DNA of 64,000 bases, taken from positions 23,994,001 through 24,058,000 of the forward strand of contig NC_043002.1 in NCBI RefSeq assembly GCF_006345805.1, read 5' to 3'. The notes below the pieces were generated by a model. That model was given only the letters and a program-made list of their open reading frames with translations, did not search any database and was not told the origin of the DNA. Shown here in pieces: positions 11,701 to 22,412 of this stretch. Each line of letters begins with the position of its first letter. Positions within the stretch are counted from its first letter, which is position 1. This DNA is from Octopus sinensis (Eukaryota). Both the position numbers and the translations under genes were made by a program.

Positions 11701-11732
11701 AACTGATACTGATATATATATATATATATGTG

Positions 11733-11800
<68 letters not shown>

Positions 11801-11888
11801 ATAGTTAATAAGCCATACAAGTTGTAGTATAGAAGAAATAAAAGAAGATGAAAGTGAACTAAGAATGTATAAGAAGACTAATTAATAT

Positions 11889-12097
11889 TGGTTTCAAATT
11901 TTGGTACAAGACCAGTTTTGGGGGGTCTGAGGTAAGTAGATTACATCAATCCTAGGACTCAAATGGTATTATTTTACTGACCCTGAAAGGATGAAAGGCT
12001 AAGTCAACCTTGGCAGAATTTGGACTCAGAGTGTAGATACAAATTGCTGCTCAGTATTTTGCCTGATATGCTAACAATTCTACCATCTTGCTGCCCT
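11889..12097 (-). mobile_element. SINE family A, old CpG-depleted copy
   Basis: Homologous to the other family A copies. Confidence 0.75.
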
Positions 12098-12126
12098 AAG
12101 GCTAATTAACATTAACAGTAATTCTA

Positions 12127-12288
12127 TTAACCAATTTCACCTTTATATAATTTTCAAAAGTGTAAAATTTGAGAGACATGGACCTGGGTCGCAAATGCAT
12201 AATTTGAAAAATAATACAGTGTGAGACGCAGCTCCATATCCCTCAAATCTTACACTATTGAAAATCACAAAAATGTGAAACTGGTTAA
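12127..12288. mobile_element. Palindromic MITE-like element bounded by TTAA
   Basis: Imperfect inverted arms of about 80 bp: TTAA-ccaatttcac...gtgaaactgg-TTAA. Confidence 0.7.
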
Positions 12289-12680
12289 GTGTATTGATAT
12301 TAATAAATAGAAATCCTCTTATACACTCTCAGTGCATTTTCAACTTCTTTTATTTCCTTCCTCTCTCTCTCTCTCTGTACACAGCGATCGTGCTCGAATA
12401 GTGCTTTTTACATGCCACTGGCACGGGAGCCAATCTGAGGCCCTGACAAAGATCACGCTCAGATGTGTTTTTAATGTTCTACTGGCACGAGTGCCAATCA
12501 GGTGGTACTGTCATTGGCAACGTCAGCAATTTTGATTTGATTTAACTTGCCTCAGTAGGTCTTCGCAAGCAAAGTCTATTGTCCAACGACTGAGGGGTAC
12601 ACAGTGGACTGGTTACACCCCATGCTTGGATGTGCTTTCAACGTTCACTGGCCTGATATTAGAACATTTATAGATAGAAG

Positions 12681-12732
12681 GTCTTACTGCTGTTTCCAGG
12701 ATATTTATTAATTATATCCCTTCATCGGAGAC
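12681..12732 (-). ncRNA. Type I hammerhead ribozyme motif (family 2)
   Basis: Minus strand GUCU-CCGAUGA-A-GGGAUAU(aauuaauaa)AUAUCCU-G-GAAAC-AGCA-GUA-AGAC. Stem I is GUCU/AGAC, stem II has 7 bp and the cleavage triplet is GUA. Confidence 0.7.
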
Positions 12733-13006
12733 GGTGTGAGAGGATGTATTTAAATGTATATATATTCACATCTGTCTAACTGTTAAAATTTCTCGATACA
12801 GTGAAACTCAAATGTAAATCTCCCAGCTTAACATCTTATTGTCCCACCTGAGGAGTCTTCTATGCATTGTGAGTTGCATCTGGTGTTATTGCATTTTTCC
12901 ACACCAACAAGGGAGTGGTGCATCTTGAAGATGAAACAATTCTTGAGGTAATATAAATTTTTTTGTTGGTACATTACATCTTCTCTTTTTATCTTTAATA
13001 TATATA

Positions 13007-13260
13007 TGTAAATGTAAAATGTGACAATTATTTGGTAACCATGATAAAACTCCGAGTTTTGGATGCTGGGGTGGAAATCCACTCCGCAATCTCTTCAGTT
13101 ATCTGGCCATTGGAAAAAATGCTATGAAAATTTCCACCCTGGCATCCGAAACTCAGAGTTTTATCATGGCTACCGAATAATTGTCACATATTACATTTAC
13201 AGATAAATTCCTCTATTTACATAATATCGAGGTCTCTTCCATTCTTTGTTTTTTTTACCA
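13007..13260. mobile_element. Penelope-type non-autonomous element with 72-bp inverted arms
   Basis: Arms 13007-13078 and 13130-13201 are reverse complements with a few transitions and overlap an HHR motif. Confidence 0.7.
13043..13103 (-). ncRNA. Type I hammerhead ribozyme motif (family 3)
   Basis: Minus strand GAUAA-CUGAAGA-[GAUUGCGGAGUGGAUUUCCACCCCAGCAUCC]-AAAAC-UCGGA-GUU-UUAUC. Stem I is GAUAA/UUAUC. The inverted arm keeps the intact CCGAAAC at ~13146-13152. Confidence 0.7.
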
Positions 13261-13309
13261 TTTTTATCAATATATATATATGTGTGTGTATATATATATA
13301 TATATCACA

Positions 13310-13885
13310 GTATTGAACAGGCCATCAGAAGCTGTTACACATCACTTGTCACAATGTGGTTCCAATTTTGTCTTGGTTGTGCTATTCTTTACCAACTTGA
13401 CCCAAATTATTTAACCAAATCATCTTCCTATTGTTGTGGAAACCTTCCAAGTGCTTTTTTCTGATCTCTTGGATACCATGCAGTAATTACATGGGTCCAC
13501 CTGTTATCTGTGAATCTTGCAACAGGTCTGACCCAGCAGAACTTGTGCTTTCCATACTCTGCAATCACATCATTCACTCCATTCCATTCTCAAATTATCT
13601 CATTTCGAATGTGCTCTCTTAGTCATATTCCTATCATGGATTTTTCCATGGCCCTTTGCTTTGTAACCAGTCAATGTACTACTGTCCTCTTTGTAGTAGC
13701 CCAAATCTCACTTGCATATAAAAGTGTAGGCAGGATAGTGCTATTGAAGATTCTGACATGTATGACATTGTCTTGCTTTGTTTGGAGCGCATCCTTTATT
13801 AAAGTTAAATGCCTTCCATCTTGCCCTTATCCTCTTTGTGATTTCAGCATCCATATTTTGGTCCTTATATACTGTGTGCCCTAAG
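13310..13885 (-). mobile_element. RTE-clade LINE 3' fragment
   Basis: Minus-strand remnant AGSDLL/ARFTDNRWTHVITAWYPRDQKK resembles the RTE WAGH..R....RW.....W.P motif. Confidence 0.7.
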
Positions 13886-14500
13886 TAAACATACACCTTT
13901 ATCTCCTTGATTTCATTACTTCCTACCTCTATTCATATACATATATAACAATTGGTTTGTATCTTTGTTATTAATTATCATAATTGTTAATTCCATAGCT
14001 TCTAGATTGATTGCAGATTGATTTTTGCCTTTCCATAGTTTGAAAATGCCTAATGATATAGTTGGCAATTTAGCATGTATAATAATGGTGTAATACATTA
14101 AGTGCAAATAAACTGCTATGTTACTGAAACATTTGTGTGTGAGTATGTGTATCACCTCCTCTTCCTGGACCCACTCCTATTTCCTTCACCTTCCTCAAAC
14201 TGATTCTCACCACTGACCCTGCCTCCTTCCCTGCTTGCCGTTCACTGTACCTATATTCCCTATCTCTACCCTTCTGTTACTCACCTCACACTCTCACAAA
14301 CTTGCCTGATCTTCTGTCTCTGTCTTCCTCACCTGTTCCTCTGTCCCCATCCTCCTCACATTCACCCTCTTGTACTTTGAGGGTACATGCTGACTTCTCA
14401 CCACCATCATTTTCTTTCCTGTTCCAGCTGGGGTAGTGATGTATCTCCTTTACAGACAATGTTTTGTCACCAGTTCTTCTGTGAGAAACATGTCTGGTAA

Positions 14501-14735
14501 GGCGGCAAGCTGGCAGAAACATTAGCACGCCAGGCGAAATGCTTAGCAGCATTTCGTTTGCCATTATGTTCTGAGTTCAAATTCCGCCGAAGTTGACTTT
14601 GCCTTTCATCCTCTCGGGGGTCGATAAATTAAGTACCAATTATGCACTGGAGTCGATGTAATCGACTTAATCCATTTGTCTGTCCTTGTTTGTCCCCTCT
14701 ATGTTTAGCCCCTTGTGGGCAATAAAGAAATAAGA
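14501..14735 (+). mobile_element. SINE family A, CpG-rich copy
   Basis: Head ggcggcaagctggcagaaac, B box gagttcaaattcc and tail gggcaataaagaaataag. Confidence 0.85.
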
Positions 14736-14794
14736 ATCATGTCTGGGCAAAGGGAAATATTACGTTGCTTGGAAATAAGTGAGAATTGATTACA

Positions 14795-15197
14795 AGAAGG
14801 GCATCTGGCCATAGAAAAGCTGCCTCAACAAATTCCATCTGACCCATACAAGCATGGAAAAATAGACATTAAACGATGATTTTATATATATGTATTTATA
14901 AACATATATTATGCATATGTATGTATTTTTGATATATATGTCATCATCATCGTTTAACGTCCGTTTTCCATGCTGGCATAGATTGAACGGTTCGACTGGG
15001 GTTTGGGAAGCTAGGAGGCTGTACCAGGCTCCAATCTGATCTAGTAGTGTTTCTACAGCTGGATGCCCTTCCCAACGCCAACCACTCCGAGAGTGTAGCG
15101 AGTGCTTTTTACGTGCCACCGGCACGGAAGCCAGTCAAAGCGGCACTGGTATCGGCCCCGTTCGGATGGTGCTTTTTACGTGCTACCGGCACGGACG
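14795..15197. mobile_element. Tail-to-tail pair of family C repeats with (GAT)n tails
   Basis: The plus copy ends gcatggaaaaatagacattaaacgatgat at 14880 and the minus copy begins catcatcatcgtttaacgtccgttttccatgc at 14942. Related copies lie at ~12380-12650, 58290-58400, 60110-60330 and 62305-62445. Confidence 0.75.
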
Positions 15198-16376
15198 TAA
15201 AACAAAAATGAGCCGAGAGAAATAACTCAGTGGCTGGTGTCATAAGAGTATATTAAATTACATATATGATAACTTCTTTATTCTACATGCATTTATGTAT
15301 GCATGTATGTATTTACGTACGTATGTATGCATGCATGCATGCAAGAGTATGTGTGTGTGAGGAGGGGGGCAAAGCTAGACAACTAAATCTATACATAGCG
15401 AACTGGTAAAGAATCATGATTTTCTGCATGATTTTGTCTTAAGACTCCAGGTTAAATGCTGACAATGAAAGTTAAGAAAACGTGATCAATTAAGTCGATT
15501 TGCGCACCTTAACCATGCATATTTAAAAAGTGATCACATTTTCTTTTTCTGTGGGTATATAATATGATAGCAAAATATTGACTTCAGTTGTCAGTATTCA
15601 TTTTGTACCTACCTATACCTAAATTTATGTTTGACTATGAAACAAGGTAAAATCTGTATGTAATTACTACTCAAAGAGTCGGTTGAATGGACTTGTTCAC
15701 ATTTCCCCGTTTCTAATTCTTTCTGAAGCCTGGTAATATTAAAAACTAAGTCGGTAACGATAGGGTTTCGAGCTCGAAGTCGTGATATATCAAATTTGCT
15801 ACAATAGTTCTGCGTTCTGTATCAGTTATATCTCGAAATTGTATATATACCTACATGTGTTTAATAATTAGTAACCGTGATTACGAGTTACTTAATGACC
15901 TAAAGGTTCCTGACTGAAACTACAAGTCTCCTTAAATATTCCCAGCTACTAAGAACACACAAGCCATATATATATATATATAATATAATATAATATATAT
16001 ATATATACACACACACATACATACCCCCGTTATCTATAAGTCATCTACCCTCTATGTCTATTTCCCTATAGTTTGTTGGTGCTATCTCTTTCTTAGACAT
16101 TTTGTGCATTATAATTATTATTATATCTGTTATTCTCTCCCGTCTTTCCTTCTTCCTCTGCCTCACGCCTCTCTTCTCCTTTATTCTATCCATTCTGTTA
16201 TCCTAAGCTTCGTTCCTCTTTCCTGTTTCCGTTTTCGCCGTCACCACTCCTACATTTTTACTCACCTCTCCTTCGCCTTCAATTGTCATTCCTTCTCTCC
16301 CCACCCTTACAGCTAACTACACTTAACAATTTACACATATATGCGTTGATAAACACACACATATACATATGTTTTT

Positions 16377-16413
<37 letters not shown>

Positions 16414-16589
16414 CTGTATATACCAGAAACATCTGTGTATGTGTGTATACATATTACACAATAAATACAACTGTGTGTGAATGTACAAGCAGTAGTGTGT
16501 ATGTATATCACATTTTAACTGTGTAAACTATAGTCATAGTGTGTATGTATAATATATACACACTGTCAATAATGCGTAAGTTTTTTTTT

Positions 16590-17108
16590 TTACACTTGCG
16601 TCAGTCTACTACTGTTACTGCAACTCTCTCCAACTCCTCATTCTAACCAACCAATTCCCCTTCCTTCTTACTCTTATTCCTACTTCTCATCTCTTGTTGC
16701 CTTGCTGCTGCTACTCATCTCCTACCTCCTGCTACGGTTGTTCTACTACTAGTGACGTCGTCGCTGCTTTCTCTCCCTTCGCCTCTCGTTAGCCTCTTAT
16801 ACAGTCATCTAACGTGTGAAGAGGGAGAAGAGAAAACGAGTGAAAGCGAAAGAGAGGCACGGAGGAAAGAGAGGAGAGAAACAAGAAATTTTCATCTGAC
16901 CTAGATTGTTAACGCTGCAACGAGAATTCGCGAGAGTTAGCAACGAAATATATTGCGTAGGAATACACTGTAGGCCCGCTATCGTTAAGACAGGAGGAAC
17001 TATTTTTTTCTGTCCGGCTGGCCTCCCAGCAATAGTTGAAATTTCTGTAGCAGTTTGTGATTCACTCTTTAATCACTCTAAATCGTCGTCTTCTTTCAAT
17101 CATCAGAA
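16590..17108 (+). promoter_or_regulatory. Putative promoter and 5' UTR of 14-3-3 epsilon
   Basis: CpG-retaining region with CRE-like tgacgtcg (~16753) and tgcgtca (~16597). About 300 ATG-free nt precede the start codon. Confidence 0.55.
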
Positions 17109-17172
17109 ATGTCGGATAGGGAGCAAATGGTTTACAAGGCCAAATTGGCTGAACAGGCTGAAAGATATGACG
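17109..17172 (+). CDS. YWHAE: 14-3-3 epsilon coding exon 1
   Basis: MSDREQMVYKAKLAEQAERYD+G followed by GT donor; 64 nt. Confidence 0.96.
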
Positions 17173-18175
17173 GTATTTAAATTTCTTTTGTCTCAACATA
17201 ACAAAAAAAGAAAATACATAATTTCAGTTTTTAATATGGATGACTGTAAAATTGAGAGCAGTTGAACTCTCACTCCCTCTCTAAATGTCTATGTATTCCG
17301 TTTCTCACGATCTAATTCTCTCTATATTTCAGTCTTTCATATATCTCTATATATATATATATAACCATGATCTTTATATAAATCTTTCTGTATGTGTCTA
17401 TTACATCTTATATATTTCACTAACCACCCATTTCTGTGTATATAATATATATATTCACTGATATTCTGTCAGAACATTAGAATATATATTATATTACTTT
17501 CTCTCATATCTATCTTCATATATGTATATATATATATATATATATATAGAAGTAGCCTCATTTTTACTTCATATATTCAGTGGAAACTGCTTATTGTGAT
17601 CGCTTTGTAACAAGAGTTCTTTAAGATAACAATAACCGAATGGCAGAGGGTCCTGATCGTGCTTGAGACCCGCTAATTTTTTTTTTATAACAGTAACCTT
17701 TTCATAACTTCATTTAATTATAATAAGCGGTTTCTACTCTAAACATACATAGAAATTATATATCACTTCCCCCTCTTTGTCCACCACTGAGTCATCTATC
17801 ACTTCGTGTGTGTGTGTATGTATTATATATATATATCTACAAAATTTATTTGATCTACAAAATGTAGTTCAAATAAATTGACCCTAAACTTAAGAAAAAG
17901 TGTTGGTTATTATATATTACCAAAGTAATTCCTTTGTAGATTCTACAGAAAGAAAAGAGATGCTTTAATTTTTTTTTAAATCACTCGATATCTGTCTTGT
18001 TTGTGTTTAATTCCATTTACATTAGAAGTATATTTCATATATACATTATAGTTCTATGTATGTGAGTGTCTACACTAACCAACAGACCTCTGTCTATACG
18101 CCTTGATGACACTATTTCTGAAAGACGTGAATGAACATCACGCCCTCCTCGTTTCTTCCTTGTCTGTGTCGGTGA

Positions 18176-18217
<42 letters not shown>

Positions 18218-18373
18218 ATTTGAATTATTAAATTTGAGGTACCATGCTTCCTGTGTAGACGAGACATATTTCATTGAAATAACTGGCTAAAAAAATTGTT
18301 CTCGTTTCCTTAGGAATCTTATCTTTTCTAAAAAGATGAGAAATTCGTGTCTTAGATATGGGATCGACAGATA

Positions 18374-18415
<42 letters not shown>

Positions 18416-18776
18416 GTGTATATATATATTATATATATATATATATATTATATATAATATATATATATATATATGAGAATTTATTAATTGATGTATATGA
18501 ATTAAGGTGGGTTAGATGTATAAGCATTTAGAAAGAGGCGGTGATCAGTTTTACTATATATTTATTGAATAATGGGAATCGTTTTTTTTTTTTTTTTATG
18601 TTCATACGTTTATAATTTTAAAAAAAATCTAAAATGTCGATGTAGAAACAAGAATTCTTGCTTGGATTTCATTGCTTATTATGAATTTAAAACAGTTTCG
18701 GTGATGTCTAGGTATATATTTTGAAAGATAACGTGTGTGTATGTATGTATATATATATATATATATATAATATATA

Positions 18777-18844
<68 letters not shown>

Positions 18845-21800
18845 GAAAGAGCGATTTATAGATTGATATCGATTTATATATATATATATTGTATTTGTTA
18901 GTGTGAGTGTGTTTATATATGTGTGTATATAATTTTATTTGCATAGGTGTTTTAATGAGAAATGTAATGTAGAAGCTAAGCTGAAGCCAGAGATAACTCC
19001 ATCAGTTGTATGGCCCGCCATGTTGTATATGATAGCTATGACTCACACAGGGACCATGGTACTATATCTATCTATCTCTATATATATATATACACACACA
19101 CACATATAAATGTATGTAGTGTTCAAACAGGATTTTTTTCTACTTTACTCGTTCTTGGCCGATTTAATTTTGATATTAGTTTGTCGTAGTCTTCTTATAG
19201 TATATGGAGTGTTAATGGCAGGCTTTCTCCCCACCACCATTTCACTAGCTTCTTCCACTTCTGTCATGTTAATTACAACGCTGGCGCTATTATGTGTAGA
19301 TAGCGATAGATGGATGAAGCTAGCATTTATGGTGTATATATATATGTATATATGTATAGATAGATATATAAGTAAATGCCTGCTTTTAGTATGTGTATGA
19401 TTTTGTCAACCGTTTGTAACCGCCTACTCTTGTAAGATGGTGCGCGTGGGTCTGTGAGAGCGTCTCTCGTTCTAGATGTGTAGGGGGAGCGTCTATCACT
19501 CTCTCTCTCTCTCTCAGATTTGTTACTCTTTCTTCCTCTTAATCTTTCTTTTACGTGCGTGCGTGTGTGTGTGTGTATGCGTGTAGTGATATTACGATGT
19601 ATATATCTTATTGATTTCTGTTCCCATTTTTTTCAAACGGGAAATATTTTCTGCGTGAAAATAACATTCCCACCACCTTTCTTTCTTATGTTTAATGCAG
19701 CTGATGATCGATTAAAAAGGAAAATAGAAATTTCGTTATAAAAAAGATTTTTCGTTTTATTTAATCTGTCGATTCATTTTGTAGCTAAAATAAATTAAGA
19801 AAAACCTAAAAACCCAGAGTCTTTTACAATGGTTTCCTTGCTTTGGTATGTCGGTATAGCGTCTTGTCCCCATGCTTTTTGCTTGAATTGGAAACATGTC
19901 TCTCTCTTTTACTCTAACAAAGAGGGGGTTGTTTTAAAGCAAATGTCAGCCGCTAATGTTATGTACGTTTGGTGTGTCTATGTGTGATGGTATTTCTGCT
20001 TTAGCTTTGGTTACATGTCTCTTTTTTGTCTCTTACTGCTATCATATATACCATTTTGCTTTCTCTCCTTCCTTTATGCCAATATAACACACATACACAC
20101 ACTTCAATAAATATTTCTAAAATGAATAATTCCCACTATCCTATCGTTGTTTCTCTCTCTTAAATATATGTAAATGTACCTTTTGGATTCCTTTTCAATC
20201 GAGCTAATTAATTTATATTTTCCATATAATTTGTTCATCAGTCCATGTTCCCCCTTTTGTGACATTTTGATTTTAAATGTTTTTGCTCCATTGTCGGTGT
20301 TAATCCACAGGTCAGTTCTGGTTTGGCACACCTATGATCAAAAGCATTCTAGATTGTGGAGTGTGATTGGAGATTTCAGCTGTCATTTCTAGCATGTCGA
20401 TCGATTGCGATTCTTCTTCGTTTTGTTCCATTTGTTTATGTATATATTTCTAAATATGTCCCCTCTCCCCTATAATGAAATAATGTTAAATTAATATTTT
20501 AAAGCACTTAAAAAAAAGAATAACGATTGCCCGATTGGGACTTCATTTATATATATGGCTGTCATTTTACCAATATATATTTACATTTGCGTTTATATAT
20601 ATATATATATATATATAGGCATAACTGCGGATGGTTTGTTTCCCGTGTCTGTGTGTATAGTCATAGACACTCGCTCAACCTTCCTTTAAATTCCTGTATT
20701 TTTTTTTTATATGCCTTGCACCTAACTAGACTCTAGTCATATCCTGCTGTTTGTCTTGATCTACCCCATGCGTCATTATAATATACTTTCTCTTTTTAAC
20801 TCTCAAAACTAAAATAGCCTTCCCCGTTTGAAATACAGAAACTCCCAGTATTCTTGTATTTTGTTTTTATTTCACTCATTTTATATGACATGATCAGCGA
20901 TTGTCTTTGTGCTGTTACTTGGGTTAGTGGCTTCAGTTGGGTTGAAATTAAGACTTTCATAGCAGTGTTTGTTCTCATCATTAAAAGACTTATTGTCTTT
21001 ATTCCTGGAACTTGATTGTACCACGAAACGCTGCTGCTGTCCGGTTTTTCCTCTCATTTCTCCATTTATTTCCTCTTTTATTTTATTTTTCTATAGAGTT
21101 TTTGTTTCAGCCCATCATCCATCTATATAATCTCGTCTCTTTCACTATTGTGCCATAATTTGTCTGCGTCTCTCTCTCTCTCTCTCTCTCTCTACCTCCC
21201 CCCCTTCATGCTGTCATCAACTGTCGACTGAACGAAAATTTAAAAGAATAATTTTCGTGATTAAACTGAAACTACTACAATTACTTACTATCATCATCAT
21301 CATCACCACAACTGTGTTCAAAGAAATGATGCTGTTATGTCTGTTTAACAGTTGTTGCTTCTTCCTCCTCCCCTCCATTTCTCTGTGTAGTATTATATAT
21401 TTATATATAACCACCTTCTCTCAATCATTTTGCGAGATCACATGTTAGTCTTTACGAATGGTCTTTCAAAAATTGCTAGTTTCTTGTACGATAATGTGGT
21501 ATCCCATGGTATTATCAGATTCTATAGAATAAATCCTATTAGGGGTTCATTAAATTGATTGCCCCCACCTTACTGAATTTGAAGTGTGCTATGATAGAAA
21601 TAGCTCTTACTATTACATTGGTGTTTACTTGAAAGGCTTCCATTAAATGTGAGCAATTATGAAAATGTGCTACGTAATGTAATGGTCTTCTATTGTCCAG
21701 ATCGTCTCGTTGCTTCCGATACTCTTCAGCGGAATTTAGTCATTCAGTATTGTTGTTCGATTACGCTGAATCCAGTTTGCTTTCATTCCTCTGGGAGGTG

Positions 21801-22261
21801 GGCGAGGGTAACTTACAAGTACCAATAATATACTTGTGTCGGATATGATTGACTGTATTCATATTTCAATATCCTTATCGTTTCTACATGCTGGCATAGA
21901 TTGACGGGAATTTTTAATGTATGACCGGATGCCCTTCCTGACATCAGACTTTTGATCGTCCAACACGCTAGGAGAAGACGTGTCTGTGAAGACCTGTGTG
22001 CGTGTATGCTTGTGGTAGAAATCATTATCATAATTATTGTTGCAGCGTGACCAAAAAAAAAACAATTTTGAAGTAATTGTTTAATGGTCTTTAGCTTTTT
22101 CTATGACACCCCCACACTCCATTGTGATCAAACTCTGCTGGGTTTGTTAAAATAAGCATCAATCGTGTACTGAGGATCAGTTTAAGTAAGTCAGCTACCC
22201 CACCTCTTTCTGCTGCTATATGTGACCTAACATAGATAGCAGTAGTAGTATTGACCTAGAC

Positions 22262-22412
22262 CAGTGGTTCCCGACCCTTTTAATTAAAATGAGTTTTCCC
22301 ACGGACTCCTTGTAATATACTTATCATCATCATCCTTATGTATTTTGTATCGGTGTGTATTGAAATTTTAAATTTAGTTCTACCACTGCGGAACCCAGGT
22401 TGGGAACCACTG
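22262..22412. mobile_element. hAT (Charlie-like) MITE
   Basis: TIR cagtggttcccgacc / ggttgggaaccactg, with 8-bp target-site duplication acctagac / acctagat. Confidence 0.88.

Noticed and set aside
16906-17265. 119-aa ORF overlapping the 14-3-3 start
   Set aside because: Non-ATG start, out of frame with the real exon and running into the intron.
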